Part shown: positions 20,536 through 31,257 of the stretch, piece by piece | Position numbering within the stretch: the stretch's first letter is position 1 | How the letters are laid out: every line of letters begins with the position of its first letter | DNA from: an uncultured archaeon | GTDB taxonomy: Archaea; Thermoplasmatota; Thermoplasmata; Thermoplasmatales; Thermoplasmataceae | DNA: 64,000 nucleotides | Reading direction: 5' to 3' | NCBI GenBank assembly: GCA_000965745.1 | Contig: CP009479.1 | Span: 256,001 to 320,000, forward strand | Position numbers and translations under genes: made by a program | Notes under the pieces: model-generated | Database searches by the model: none | The model's input: the letters and a program-made list of their open reading frames with translations, nothing else | Told to the model about the DNA's origin: nothing

Positions 20536-21840
20536 GTGCCAGTATATGGGCTTAACAGAAACCAGTGGGTTCAGATAATTTCGTCGTGGTCGGGTTGGCT
20601 GATGGACGGGTATGTGACTATCGCGTATGCCCTGGTAGTTGTAACGATGCAGCCCATCTTCTTCCCCGGAAATGTAGGGCTTATCGGCGGATTCCTCGGG
20701 CTGGCCTTTGGTGCTATCGCAAGGTCGGTCGGATCGCTCTTCCTAGGGAACTTCCTCGGTGACAGGATAGGAAGAAAGCGCATGCTCACCCTGACAATTC
20801 TTCTATTTTCAATATTCAGCGCACTCATAGGCGTCCTTCCGACGTACAGCAGCGTCGGTATAGCAGCCCCGATCCTCCTTTACGTTCTCCTCTTTGCAGT
20901 CGGGCTCTTTGCCGGTGCTGAATACGGCGGGGGTGCCGCACTCTCATCGGAGAGCGTTCCCGCAGAGAAAAGGGGTTTTGTCGGCGCTTTTGTCCAGAGC
21001 GGATTCGGGACCGGGTATTTCATCGCCGGTTTCATGCTGTCTGCCCTCGGGCTGATATTCTCGGGGCCTGAGTTCTCTGCAATAGGATGGAGGGTCCTGT
21101 TCTTCACGACTCTTGTGCCTGGAGCACTCACCCTGCTCATAAGGGCCGTGACTCCGGAATCGGAAGTTTTCAAGCAGATGGTGGGTGAAAAGAGGGTCGA
21201 AAGGATTCCTGTAGCCGGAATGCTGAAGGAAGCCGGCGGCCCAATGGTCCTCGCCATATTGATAACGACCGGCCTTCTTTACATAAACACAGGAACATTC
21301 GCCTTCTATCCGTCGGTTCTTCAGGCACACCTCATGGACAACAATGTTGTTTCCGTGGGGTTCGTGCTTGCGCTCATAAACCTCATCTCACTCTTCGGCG
21401 TCTGGTTCGGCGGGGCGATTTCAAACCTCGTCGGTGGGAGGAAGGTGTCCATGGTAATCTACACTGTTCTTTTCGTTATATCCGCATACCCGCTTATCCT
21501 CCTGGGATACTCCGCCAACATATACAGCGAGATAATCGGATTCGGCCTTCAGGCATTCATTGAAGCAATGATATTCTCGACCCTGCCGGCTTTCCTTTCC
21601 GAAACCTTCAGCAAGAAGTACAGAACAACGGCCGTTGGCTTCACATACAATGCGGGAGGAATTGTTGGAGGATTCGCCGCAGTCTTCATAACGCTGAGTG
21701 CGGGATTCATGGAGTTCAGAACAGCATGGGTGCTCAACCTCGGGATAGCCGGGCTGGTCATGATCCTTGCAATTGCAGCGTCTAGAGAAACATGGAGCGC
21801 GAGAGCAAAGGGCGAAAAGAAAGATCTCATTCATGAATAG
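20536..21840 (+). CDS. MFS metabolite:H+ symporter
   Basis: LGDRIGRKR, GAEYGG, ESVPAEKRG, ETFSKKYRTTA. Confidence 0.9.
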   Translation: MPVYGLNRNQWVQIISSWSGWLMDGYVTIAYALVVVTMQPIFFPGNVGLIGGFLGLAFGAIARSVGSLFLGNFLGDRIGRKRMLTLTILLFSIFSALIGVLPTYSSVGIAAPILLYVLLFAVGLFAGAEYGGGAALSSESVPAEKRGFVGAFVQSGFGTGYFIAGFMLSALGLIFSGPEFSAIGWRVLFFTTLVPGALTLLIRAVTPESEVFKQMVGEKRVERIPVAGMLKEAGGPMVLAILITTGLLYINTGTFAFYPSVLQAHLMDNNVVSVGFVLALINLISLFGVWFGGAISNLVGGRKVSMVIYTVLFVISAYPLILLGYSANIYSEIIGFGLQAFIEAMIFSTLPAFLSETFSKKYRTTAVGFTYNAGGIVGGFAAVFITLSAGFMEFRTAWVLNLGIAGLVMILAIAASRETWSARAKGEKKDLIHE

Positions 21841-21885
21841 GCGGGAGCCTGTTCACCATATTCCATACCGTCAACAGTGCTGGTT

Positions 21886-22377
21886 TCAGTCCGTTCTGAC
21901 TGCTTCCCTCGGATCTTCCTTGAAAACGTTCATCACAAGAATTGTGCTGCTCCTCTCTATTGATTCGAGGTTCGAGATCCTGTCAACGATCCTTGAAATG
22001 TCCGCTCTGGACTTTCCGCGTATCAGGACAACGAAGTCGTTATCCCCCATTACGTAATATACCGCCCAGATTCCTTCGATCTGCCCGAGATCCCTTGCAA
22101 CAATCTCCGAGTAGGACGGCCCGTACCGCGCCCTTATGAGCGACACCGCAGTAACCTGCTCCGGCAACATTTCCTGGTTTACGAGCGGGTAGAATCCCTT
22201 GAGGAAATTGATGTCCCTCATTCTCTTGAGCCTGTTATGAACGGTGGATTTTGACACTCCGATCTCGTCGGAAATTTCCCTGAGCTTCACGTCTCCGATT
22301 TTCAGAAGGGATTTCAGTATCTTCCTGTCGGTCTCATCCAGAAAATCATCTGCTGGATTCGGTGCATGACCTTCCAT
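21886..22377 (-). CDS. Lrp/AsnC transcriptional regulator
   Basis: LDETDRKIL...EIGVSKSTVHNRLKRM; YYVMGDNDF. Confidence 0.9.
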   Translation of the reverse strand: MEGHAPNPADDFLDETDRKILKSLLKIGDVKLREISDEIGVSKSTVHNRLKRMRDINFLKGFYPLVNQEMLPEQVTAVSLIRARYGPSYSEIVARDLGQIEGIWAVYYVMGDNDFVVLIRGKSRADISRIVDRISNLESIERSSTILVMNVFKEDPREAVRTD

Positions 22378-22481
22378 AAAACATAGAATGCACCCTTGAA
22401 ATAAAACTTCTTTTTTATAAAAATCAATATACAAAAATGATTACTTACTCAAAAATGAAAAATGGGTTTATGTGAAAAATG

Positions 22482-23141
22482 TCAGAGTTGTGAATAAGCT
22501 TCCTGGACGTAGTCGGCGAACTGGTCGTCAGGGTAGGCGCCCACGAACTGCACATTCCCGTTGATCACTATGTGCGGAACGCTCGAAACTCCGGCCTCTT
22601 CAGCTTCATCGCTGAATTCCAGGGACTCTATCATCTCTCCGGTTATGTTCTTGTTGATGAGTGCGAACTTGTGTGCAGTCCCCACGGCTTTCGGGCAGTA
22701 TGGGCATGTTGGCGTAACATAGACCTGGATCTTAACGGGCTTGTCTATCTTTGAGATTACCTCCATTGCCTTTGAGGAGATCTCGGCCTCGCCCTTTGAC
22801 ACGTTCTTGAGGTCCTCCATGAGGGATCCGAACTCATATCCGGACGGCAGCCCGTAATACCTTATCCGGCCATCGGCCTCGCCGTGTTTTGACACGATTG
22901 TTGCGGGATATTTGTCGATCCCGAATTCCTCGGCCTTATCCTTGTCGTCTTCAAAAACGTAGGATACAAAGTTTATCTTGTCTGAAAGTTCAGCCACTTC
23001 CTCTGCAAGCTGCACCGATTCCTTGCAATACCTGCAGTCAGAATCGTTGGATGTAAAAACCACAAGGTCAACAGTTTCCTTCAGGTGCTTGCTGAATTCA
23101 TCTGTCAGATATTGTCTGTCTTCGTCTCTTATTAATGGCAT
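22482..23141 (-). CDS. Protein disulfide oxidoreductase (two thioredoxin folds)
   Basis: CRYC and CPYC motifs, GLPSGYEF, SSVP. Confidence 0.92.
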   Translation of the reverse strand: MPLIRDEDRQYLTDEFSKHLKETVDLVVFTSNDSDCRYCKESVQLAEEVAELSDKINFVSYVFEDDKDKAEEFGIDKYPATIVSKHGEADGRIRYYGLPSGYEFGSLMEDLKNVSKGEAEISSKAMEVISKIDKPVKIQVYVTPTCPYCPKAVGTAHKFALINKNITGEMIESLEFSDEAEEAGVSSVPHIVINGNVQFVGAYPDDQFADYVQEAYSQL

Positions 23142-23298
23142 AGGATACTAATTTTAACACATTACTTAAGCTTTGCTATACATAATTGTTTACCTTGCCT
23201 GCCGGCTAATGGGAAAAGAACAAAGCCCCAAATCTGCAACGGGCAGATCTGCAGCCATAGTTGGAAAGATTTTCATAATATAAAACTCATGTGCAGGT

Positions 23299-24036
23299 GT
23301 GACAGAGAAGCTTTACTGGAAGGACCAGAGAATGAGGGAGTTTTCCGCTGTTGTGCTGAAATCAGGTGAAGATGGGGTTGTTCTGGACAGAACTGCCTTT
23401 TACCCCAGGGGCGGAGGACAGCCTGCTGACACGGGCCTTCTGAAACAGAACGGCAGCACCTTTTCGGTCGAAAATGTTGAAAAGAAGGGGGACGAAGTTA
23501 TACACGTCCTATCAGACGGTGAGCTGCCCAACACGGGAGAGACAGTGCAGGGTGCAATAGACTGGGGCAGGAGGTACAGCCACATGAGGTACCACACCGC
23601 CATCCATATACTGGACGGAATAGTCACACAGAGGCACAATGATGAGGGCACCCTCACCGGAGGGCAGATATACCAGGACAGGGCTAGAATCGACTTCGAC
23701 ATGTCCGATCTTTCAAGGGAGAAAGTCCAGGAGCTGATAGATGAGGCCAATGAGGTCATAGGTTCAGGCCTGAAGGTCTATTCAAAGGAGATCAGCAGCG
23801 ATGAGGCCCTGAGCATTCCGAACATATCAAGGACCCTTCCCGGAAGGGAGCTTCTGGAAAAGCTCGAGAGCATACGCATTGTCGTTATTGAAGGGCTTGA
23901 CGAGCAGGCTGATGGCGGAACTCATGTGTCAAATACCACAGAAGTGGGAAAGATAGTTTTCAGTAAGCTTCAGAGCAAGGGCAAGAGGAACAAGAGGCTT
24001 GAATTTGTCCTTGAGGATGATAACCCACATGGATGA
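23299..24036 (+). CDS. alaXM: AlaX-M alanyl-tRNA editing protein
   Basis: DRTAFYPRGGGQPAD, MRYHTAIH, QADGGTHV. Confidence 0.9.
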   Translation: MTEKLYWKDQRMREFSAVVLKSGEDGVVLDRTAFYPRGGGQPADTGLLKQNGSTFSVENVEKKGDEVIHVLSDGELPNTGETVQGAIDWGRRYSHMRYHTAIHILDGIVTQRHNDEGTLTGGQIYQDRARIDFDMSDLSREKVQELIDEANEVIGSGLKVYSKEISSDEALSIPNISRTLPGRELLEKLESIRIVVIEGLDEQADGGTHVSNTTEVGKIVFSKLQSKGKRNKRLEFVLEDDNPHG

Positions 24037-24658
24037 CATTGAGATAGAAACCATAGTTGTTGGGCCTTTGATGACCAACTGCTACGTAATTTCAGAAGGC
24101 GGTGACTGCATAGTCATAGATGCGGGAGCAGAAGGCGAACGGATCGTGGAAGCGATAAGGAACAGGGGGCTCTCACTGACATATATCCTGGCAAGCCACG
24201 GCCACTTCGATCATGTTGCGGGAATTGAGCCATTGAGGGAAGCATTCGGGGCACCGTTCCACATCCATTCCTCAGACCTCGGGATGTTCAGGGGTGCCCA
24301 CGATATGGCAAAGAAATTTGCCGGAACAGATATTGAAGATCTCATGGATCCGGAGGGGTTTATTGGGGAAAACGGGTACACTTTGGGAAAAACGGAGCTT
24401 GTCCCAGTCCACACTCCCGGCCACACCGGGGGAAGCACGTCCTTCCTCATAGGGAAACACCTTTTCTCTGGAGACACTCTTTTCAGGGGGAGCATCGGGA
24501 GAATGGATTTTGGCGGGTCCGTGGAAGCTATGAAAAATACCATCGAACAGCTCAAGAAAATGGATGACGATATTTTAGTGCATCCAGGGCATGGCCCAGG
24601 TACCACAATAGGTGATGAAAAGAGGGAGAATCCTTTCCTCACGTACTACAAACTGTGA
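24029..24658 (+). CDS. MBL-fold metallo-hydrolase (glyoxalase II-like)
   Basis: SHGHFDH, HTPGHT, FSGDTLF, PGHG. Confidence 0.92.
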   Translation: MDDIEIETIVVGPLMTNCYVISEGGDCIVIDAGAEGERIVEAIRNRGLSLTYILASHGHFDHVAGIEPLREAFGAPFHIHSSDLGMFRGAHDMAKKFAGTDIEDLMDPEGFIGENGYTLGKTELVPVHTPGHTGGSTSFLIGKHLFSGDTLFRGSIGRMDFGGSVEAMKNTIEQLKKMDDDILVHPGHGPGTTIGDEKRENPFLTYYKL

Positions 24659-24693
24659 TTCAGACTGTTTCTGATATCTGTCAGGTGCTCAAA

Positions 24694-25122
24694 ATGACTG
24701 AAGACCTAGAAAGCATTGCGGAAAAAATACTCTCCAGCCTCGACATCAGGCCGTTTCCGGACGGATACATAGAAGATGGCGGGAAACTCGCAGAGTTTGA
24801 CCTTCCGAAGGGAGATGAGGTAATGATGTACAGGGAGCTTGAGGGCGTTTTCGTCATGTTCGGCTATGAGAGGATATTCTTCAAGGACCCCTACGAGGCA
24901 AAATACGTTTACTACTGTGCAAAGAGGGGCATGTCAAGGATCAGGATGCCGGAAACAAAACCGCTCAAGAGAATCATAAAGGAGTTCCAGGCTGATGTTG
25001 AGAACCTCAGGGCGCAGCTTGAGAAGGAAGCTGCCATGTTCAGCCTCAATGACGATGAAAGGTCCAGGCTCGTTGAGATATGTGCCGGAAAGCTGGGCTA
25101 TGACGGCATAATGGACATTTAG
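24694..25122 (+). CDS. Hypothetical protein
   Basis: AGGTG RBS before ATG 24694; third gene of the alaX operon. Confidence 0.75.
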   Translation: MTEDLESIAEKILSSLDIRPFPDGYIEDGGKLAEFDLPKGDEVMMYRELEGVFVMFGYERIFFKDPYEAKYVYYCAKRGMSRIRMPETKPLKRIIKEFQADVENLRAQLEKEAAMFSLNDDERSRLVEICAGKLGYDGIMDI

Positions 25123-25817
25123 CCCGTACCCTGCTGTGCACCTGCCGGGCCTGGAATATTTTCGAGGATGGCGAGGAATTCCTCCCTGCCTATCATGGAG
25201 AATTCCGTGAACGTGGATGAAAATTCCCTGATCAAGGATTGCACAAGCTTGCCCCTTTTTATATCCACATAGCCCATCACCGACGGGTCCAGCCCGCATG
25301 GGCTAATCCTGCTGAACCCTTCCAGCGGTTCAGGCGAGATGTTTATTGCTATGCCGTGGTACGATACATGCTTGTCGATCGCCATTCCAACAGAAGCCAC
25401 TTTCCTGTTCCCTTCCACGGTCCATATGCCTGGCTCCTCCCTGCCGATGTATGCCTCCACGCCATTCTTTCCCAGTGCGGATATAACAGCGTTTTCCACC
25501 TTCCTGACAAAAGCCCTCACGTCAACCTTTCCGTTCTCGGAGAGTTCGATTACAGGGTAGACTACAAGCTGTCCCGGCGAGTGGTATGTAACATCACCGC
25601 CCCTGCCTGTCCTCACAGGGTCTATTCCGGGCCAGTTCCCGGGGTCGCTCTTCCTGCCTATTGTGTAAACGGGCGGGTCGTGCTCAAGAAACAGTATGAC
25701 GTTTCCTATGGAGTTTTCCTTCCTCATCCCCACCAGCCTAAGCTGGAGATCGAGACATTCCCCGTATGGTATAGTTCCCAGATCAACTGCGTGATTTGAA
25801 GTGTAGCGATTTGCCAT
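25119..25817 (-). CDS. lipB: Lipoyl(octanoyl) transferase
   Basis: LEHDPPVYTIGR, RGGDVTYHSPGQLVVYP, KVASVG, HGIAIN, PCG. Confidence 0.93.
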   Translation of the reverse strand: MANRYTSNHAVDLGTIPYGECLDLQLRLVGMRKENSIGNVILFLEHDPPVYTIGRKSDPGNWPGIDPVRTGRGGDVTYHSPGQLVVYPVIELSENGKVDVRAFVRKVENAVISALGKNGVEAYIGREEPGIWTVEGNRKVASVGMAIDKHVSYHGIAINISPEPLEGFSRISPCGLDPSVMGYVDIKRGKLVQSLIREFSSTFTEFSMIGREEFLAILENIPGPAGAQQGTG

Positions 25818-27102
25818 AAGAGGCCTCTGCAGACTCTTTTACACCCTCTGAAATGGTTGGATGCGGGTGTATGGTGAGCCCTATATCCATGGCGAGCAGC
25901 CCCGATTCTATTGCAAGCGTGATCTCTGAAATCAGCTCGGACGAATGTGGTGCCACTATTCCCGCGCCCTTCACGTAGCCCTTCTCATCATAATAGATGC
26001 TGAAGTTCCCGAGCGAGTTGTTCATTCCAAGGGACCTTCCGTTGGCAGCTGCCGGGAATCTTGTGTGCTCCCCTTCGAACTTTCCGGTGTACGCTATCTC
26101 AGGGTCTGAGTAAATTACGTATGGCATGGCCCTGTAGTCCACTACCGTATCCTCTCCGGAAATGTTGTCAGCCACCACATCGGCTTCATAGAATGCCTTG
26201 TGGGCAAGCATGGGCCCCCCCGAAACGTCACCGATCGCGTACACGTTCGGAATGTTCGTCTTCTTTCTCCTGTCCGTCTTTATGAAGCGCCCGTCCATCT
26301 CCAGCTGGAGGTTCTCGAGGCCCAGGCCCTTCGTGTTCGGTACCCTTCCGACTGTCAGAAGAACCTTCTCCGACTCAATGGCTGTGCCATCCTCAAGTGA
26401 AACAGTATAATTCCCGCCTTTCCGGACACCGCTCACCCTGGCCGATGTCCTGATCTCAACGTTGAGTTCCCTCAGCCTCCTCTGGACCGGCCTGACAAGC
26501 TCATGTTCAACTTCCGGGAGAATGGACTGCATCATCTCAATTATGGTAACCTTCGTGCCGAGTTTGGCAAAGGCAGTCCCGAGCTCGATCCCTATGTATC
26601 CGCCCCCTATGATCACAAGGCTTTCAGGTATTTTCTTGATATCCAGTATTTCACGGTTGAAATCAACGCCCTCAAAGCCATCAAGCCTTATTGGGCTGGA
26701 TCCCGTTGCGATGACGAGGTTCTCACCCTCGAATACCTCGTCTCCGGCCTTCACATGCCTTGAGTCTGCAACGTAAGCCTCTCCCCTCACTACCTCAACG
26801 CCGTAGGATTTGCAGAGAGTCTCCACACCGGATGTCAGCTTGTTTATCATGGACCATTTCCAGTCCTGCCATGTGTTCATGTCAAGTGAGTAATTCAGAT
26901 CAACCCCGGGCATGTCCTTCAGGTAGCCTATGGAGTTTCCAAGCTCAATGAATGCCTTTGACGGGATGCACCCGTAATTCAGGCACTCACCCCCTATCTT
27001 GTCCTTCTCAATGAGCAGCACTTTCTTCCCTTTCTGGCCAAGCCTTATTGCTGTGGAATAACCACCCGGCCCGGCCCCGATTATTATTGCATCGTAAGAC
27101 AT
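25783..27102 (-). CDS. lpdA: Dihydrolipoamide dehydrogenase (E3)
   Basis: GAGPGG, GGECLNYGCIPSK, HPHPTISE. Confidence 0.96.
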   Translation of the reverse strand: MSYDAIIIGAGPGGYSTAIRLGQKGKKVLLIEKDKIGGECLNYGCIPSKAFIELGNSIGYLKDMPGVDLNYSLDMNTWQDWKWSMINKLTSGVETLCKSYGVEVVRGEAYVADSRHVKAGDEVFEGENLVIATGSSPIRLDGFEGVDFNREILDIKKIPESLVIIGGGYIGIELGTAFAKLGTKVTIIEMMQSILPEVEHELVRPVQRRLRELNVEIRTSARVSGVRKGGNYTVSLEDGTAIESEKVLLTVGRVPNTKGLGLENLQLEMDGRFIKTDRRKKTNIPNVYAIGDVSGGPMLAHKAFYEADVVADNISGEDTVVDYRAMPYVIYSDPEIAYTGKFEGEHTRFPAAANGRSLGMNNSLGNFSIYYDEKGYVKGAGIVAPHSSELISEITLAIESGLLAMDIGLTIHPHPTISEGVKESAEASYGKSLHFKSRS

Positions 27103-27115
27103 CGGTTAACACATC

Positions 27116-28426
27116 CTATTGGGAGAGTATCAGGATAGGCTCCTCGAGCAGGCCCTTCAACCTCTTTATGAACCTCGCCGCCACTGCACCGTCCACGAGC
27201 CTGTGGTCGCAGGATAGCGAGAGGTACATCTTCTCCTTCTCGACACCGTCCTTCCCGATCTCGGTCAGAGTCCTGTGCACTCCGAGGATTGCAACTTCAG
27301 GGTAGTTGATTATCGGAGTTGACATTATTCCGGCGATTGAGCCCACGTTCGTCACTGTGAAGGTTGAGCCCTGGACCTCATCCAGCTTCAGCTTGTTCTC
27401 CCTTGCCCTCCCGGCAAGATCCGAAATTTCTGATGAAAGGGCTACCAGGCTCTTCCTGCCAACGCCCTTGGCGACAGCAACAGTAAGCCCGTCGGGAGTG
27501 TCTATTGCAACTCCGATGTTGTAGTATTTCTTCAGGATGTACCTGCGGTTCTCCTCATCGTAGGTTGCGTTCAGATAGGGAAAATCCTTCAGTGCCAGTG
27601 CGGCAGCCTTGACAAAGAACGGCGTGAACGTGACGGTAATGCCGTCGCGCTTCAGCTTTTCCACGTTTTCCCTGATGGGCCCGACGTTGATTTCCTCGAA
27701 TATTGTGAAGTGGGGTATGATCTGCTTTGATTTTGTCATTTTCTCGAAGATCAGCCTTCTGAGGCCTTTGGGCACCAGGATCTCCTCGTTTTCCGAAAGA
27801 GCTTCGGTTTCTGCGGGCTTACGGGCGGGAGCCTCCGGTTCGCTGACCGGGATTTTCTCTTCGGCCTTTGGCGCCTCTGCAGCTGCCGGCTCCTCCCTCG
27901 GCTGTTCCCGGGCGGCAGGCGGTGCGGGCGCTTCACCTTCAAGATCCTCGAGTGTGACGCGGCCGTTCGGCCCCGATCCTCTCATATCAGAGAGCCTTAT
28001 TCCCCTCTCCCTGGCGATTCTTCTCACAGCGGGTGATGCCAGGGGTATTCCGCCTGGTGACTCTTCCGGCTCCTCCACGGCTTCTGCCACTTGCGGGGGC
28101 GCGGGCTTCTCTTCCTCCTGCACTGGTGCCTGCTGCTCTTCTGCAGGGGCAGGCTCTTCAGGCTGCGGCTCCTCCGGCTCACCTTCAACCCGGATGTCGA
28201 GCAGGACCTTTCCAACTTCGACGATAGAGCCCTCTTCGTAGTATAACTTGCCGACAGTGCCGTCGACGGGCGAAGGTATATTCACCGTGACCTTGTCTGT
28301 CATTACCTCGACCATGTCCTGGTCCCTGCTTATGTGCTCACCGGACTGGACGTGCCACTTGACTATCTCCCCCTCGCTCACACCTTCTCCTATATCGGGT
28401 AGTTTAAAACTGTACAACATAATCAC
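27116..28426 (-). CDS. Dihydrolipoamide acyltransferase (E2)
   Basis: Lipoyl domain EVMTDKV, ASPAVRRIARE, DHRLVDG; Pro/Glu/Ala-rich linkers. Confidence 0.95.
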   Translation of the reverse strand: MIMLYSFKLPDIGEGVSEGEIVKWHVQSGEHISRDQDMVEVMTDKVTVNIPSPVDGTVGKLYYEEGSIVEVGKVLLDIRVEGEPEEPQPEEPAPAEEQQAPVQEEEKPAPPQVAEAVEEPEESPGGIPLASPAVRRIARERGIRLSDMRGSGPNGRVTLEDLEGEAPAPPAAREQPREEPAAAEAPKAEEKIPVSEPEAPARKPAETEALSENEEILVPKGLRRLIFEKMTKSKQIIPHFTIFEEINVGPIRENVEKLKRDGITVTFTPFFVKAAALALKDFPYLNATYDEENRRYILKKYYNIGVAIDTPDGLTVAVAKGVGRKSLVALSSEISDLAGRARENKLKLDEVQGSTFTVTNVGSIAGIMSTPIINYPEVAILGVHRTLTEIGKDGVEKEKMYLSLSCDHRLVDGAVAARFIKRLKGLLEEPILILSQ

Positions 28427-29397
28427 CTGAATTCCAGCACTTTCTGCACTGCAGCCATAATCCTCTTCTCATTGGGAACATAGTACTCCTCCAGCCTGTA
28501 CGGGAATGGCGTGTCCGGCCCCGTAACTCTCAGAATCGGGGCATAAAGGTATTCAATCATCCTTTCCGAAATCAGCGCCGAGATCTCTGCTCCCATGCCG
28601 AGTGTCCTTGGCGCCTCATGGACGACAACAACCCTTCCGGTCTTCCTGACAGATTCCGTAATGGCATTGATATCAAGCGGCACGAGTGTGCGCAGGTCGA
28701 TTACATCTGCACTCACGCTGTTGTTGCTCACCGCCCTGGACACCAGGGGGACCATGGATCCGTATGTGATGATGGTGACATCATCGCCTTCGTGAACAAG
28801 ACTGGCCTTGCCCACCGGGATCTTGTAATCCTCCTCGGGAACCTCTGCCTTTGACGCCCTGTAGAGTTTTTTTGGCTCAAGGAAGATCACGGGGTCCGGA
28901 GAGTCGATAGCGGATGAGAGCATTCCCTTTGCGTCATATGGGTTTGAGGGTGTCATGACAACAAGCCCTGCCGTGTGCGCAAAGTATGTCTCACCGCTCT
29001 GTGAGTGGTAAAGCCCGCCCCTGATTCCTCCGCCGTAAGGCGTCCTCAGTACGAGGGGCGCGGTGATCAGGCCCGCTGTCCTGTACCTCAGCTTGGCCAT
29101 CTGGTTGATGATCTGGTCCATTGCCGTATAGATGAAATCCTGGAACTGTATCTCTGCTATCGGCTTGAGGCCGGATGATGCCATCCCAATTGCCATTCCC
29201 ACTATGCCGAGCTCCACGAGGGGAGTGTCAACCACCCTCTCCTCCCCGTATTTATCCAGTAGCCCGTCTGTTACTCTGAATACTCCTCCATCCTTTCCGA
29301 TATCTTCGCCGAGGAGTATGATTGAGTCGTCCTGTGACATCCTGAGGTCCATTGTGGAATTCAGGGACTGGACCATGTTCATTACCTTGGAACTCAT
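28423..29397 (-). CDS. 2-oxoacid dehydrogenase E1 beta
   Basis: GEDIGKDGGVFRVT, EIQFQDF, GLYHSQS. Confidence 0.95.
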   Translation of the reverse strand: MSSKVMNMVQSLNSTMDLRMSQDDSIILLGEDIGKDGGVFRVTDGLLDKYGEERVVDTPLVELGIVGMAIGMASSGLKPIAEIQFQDFIYTAMDQIINQMAKLRYRTAGLITAPLVLRTPYGGGIRGGLYHSQSGETYFAHTAGLVVMTPSNPYDAKGMLSSAIDSPDPVIFLEPKKLYRASKAEVPEEDYKIPVGKASLVHEGDDVTIITYGSMVPLVSRAVSNNSVSADVIDLRTLVPLDINAITESVRKTGRVVVVHEAPRTLGMGAEISALISERMIEYLYAPILRVTGPDTPFPYRLEEYYVPNEKRIMAAVQKVLEFR

Positions 29398-30407
29398 AGA
29401 ATCTCCCTCATCTGTTCCTCAAGATTCCACGTAAGCTCCGCGAGAACATCGTGGAACATCGTCTCAGGGTCCGGGGCAGGAATCTTCTCCCTCTCGTCGA
29501 ATTTCTGTTCAACTATCCTGACCGATTCCTCTTTTATCCTGCTGACAACGTTGTCGTTGATGAAGCCCATCTCCTTCAGGGTGTTTGCCGCAACCTCGAT
29601 GGGGTCCTTCTCTGATCCTTCCTGAACTTCGTCCGTCCTGTACTTGCTCGTGTCGTCGGATGTGGAGTGCGGGCCCATCCTGTAGCTCACAGCTTCGATA
29701 AGTGTCGGGCCGTTTCCTGCCCTTGCCTGCTCAACAGCTTCTGCCGTAACCTTGTATGTCTCTATGAAATCGTTCCCGTCCACCTTGACCCCACGCATTC
29801 CGTATGCGTCGGCCTTCTTCCATATCTCGGTTTTTGTCTGCTTTTCAACGGGGGTCGAAATGGCCCAGCCGTTGTTCTCGCACATAAAAACAATTGGGAG
29901 GTTGAAAACTGCAGCCATGTTCATGGCCGCGTGGAAATCAGGTGTCGATGAAGATCCTTCACCGAAGGTGGCAAAAACAATGTTTCCCTTCTTCCTGTAT
30001 TTAATTGCATAGGCGGCGCCAACCGCCAGTGGCAAATTGGTCGCAACCGGGCTCTGGATGGACATGAAGTTGTAATTCCTGGCGACAAAATGGCTTGGCA
30101 TCTGCCTTCCCTTCGCCAGATCGCTGCTGTTCCCGAAAACCTGGTCCAGCATTACCTCTATAGGCACCCCACGGTGTATCATCAGGGCAACATCGCGATA
30201 GTACTCGTATATGATGTCCTCCTTTGACAGAGCCATCGAGGCCCCTACCTGTGTAGCTTCCTGGCCTGTAGAAGGTGTGTAGAACCCTACACGTCCCTGC
30301 CTCTGCGCAGTTATCAACTTTCTGTCCAGGGTTCTGGAAAGAACCATTGCCCCGAAACCTCTTACATATTTCTCTCTTTGAGCCTGTTCATTAAGTTCCT
30401 CTACCAT
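29394..30407 (-). CDS. 2-oxoacid dehydrogenase E1 alpha (probably branched-chain)
   Basis: QRQGRVGFY, GRQMPSH, GEGSSS...ENNGWAIS, HSTSDD; AGGAGG RBS before MVEEL. Confidence 0.93.
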   Translation of the reverse strand: MVEELNEQAQREKYVRGFGAMVLSRTLDRKLITAQRQGRVGFYTPSTGQEATQVGASMALSKEDIIYEYYRDVALMIHRGVPIEVMLDQVFGNSSDLAKGRQMPSHFVARNYNFMSIQSPVATNLPLAVGAAYAIKYRKKGNIVFATFGEGSSSTPDFHAAMNMAAVFNLPIVFMCENNGWAISTPVEKQTKTEIWKKADAYGMRGVKVDGNDFIETYKVTAEAVEQARAGNGPTLIEAVSYRMGPHSTSDDTSKYRTDEVQEGSEKDPIEVAANTLKEMGFINDNVVSRIKEESVRIVEQKFDEREKIPAPDPETMFHDVLAELTWNLEEQMREIL

Positions 30408-31257
30408 TGTACAACCTCCTTTGAGCCCACGCTTCCGCCGCTTTGTAGGATGTCCTGACAAGCGGCCCTGAAGCCACAAAAGCAAATCCGATTCTGTAAG
30501 CCTCTCTTTCGAGATCGCTGAATCTTTCTGAAGATGAGTATTCAACAACTTCCAGCTGTTTCCTGGAAGGTCTGAGGTACTGGCCTATGGTGACTATGTC
30601 CACCCCGGCGTCCCTCATGTCCTGGAATGTTTCCGAAACCTCCTCGTCGGATTCACCAAGACCAAGCATTATTGATGACTTTGTGATCTGGTCCGGGTTC
30701 TTCTCCTTGATGTATCTGAGAACATCAAGGGACTGCCCATAGCCGGCTCTAGGGTCTCTTACCCGTGAAGTGAGCCTCCTTACTGTTTCAACGTTGTGTG
30801 CAAATACAGCAGGCTGCTCGCCGATAATCCTGTCAATGTGTTCCTTCTTTCCCTGGAAGTCCGGAGTAAGGACTTCAATGAGTGCGCCAGATTCCTTTGC
30901 CTTCCTTATCACCCTGGCAAAGTGTGATGCCCCCTGGTCCGGGAGATCATCCCTGTCCACCGAAGTTATGACTGCATAAGCCAGCCCCATGGCGCGTATT
31001 GATTCAAGGACCTTTTCCGGCTCCATCGCATCAAGAGGCCCCATTCCCCCGTGTGTAACTGAACAGAACCTGCATCCCCTTGAGCAGTTCCCGCCCATGA
31101 TCATGAATGTCGCGGTCCCGCTTTCCCAGCATTCCGCTATGTTCGGGCACCTGGCTTCCTCGCATACTGTATGGAGCGATCTGGACCTGAGCGTATCCTT
31201 TATCCTGAGGTAGTTCTCCCCACCCGGTATTTTCACCTTTACGTACTCAGGCCTCAC
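30391..31257 (-). CDS. lipA: Lipoyl synthase
   Basis: CEEARCPNIAEC, CSRGCRFC, VRTSY. Confidence 0.96.
   Translation of the reverse strand: MRPEYVKVKIPGGENYLRIKDTLRSRSLHTVCEEARCPNIAECWESGTATFMIMGGNCSRGCRFCSVTHGGMGPLDAMEPEKVLESIRAMGLAYAVITSVDRDDLPDQGASHFARVIRKAKESGALIEVLTPDFQGKKEHIDRIIGEQPAVFAHNVETVRRLTSRVRDPRAGYGQSLDVLRYIKEKNPDQITKSSIMLGLGESDEEVSETFQDMRDAGVDIVTIGQYLRPSRKQLEVVEYSSSERFSDLEREAYRIGFAFVASGPLVRTSYKAAEAWAQRRLYNGRGT

Noticed and set aside
27780-28190. Low-complexity Pro/Glu/Ala coding repeats
   Set aside because: Ordinary E2 linker regions.
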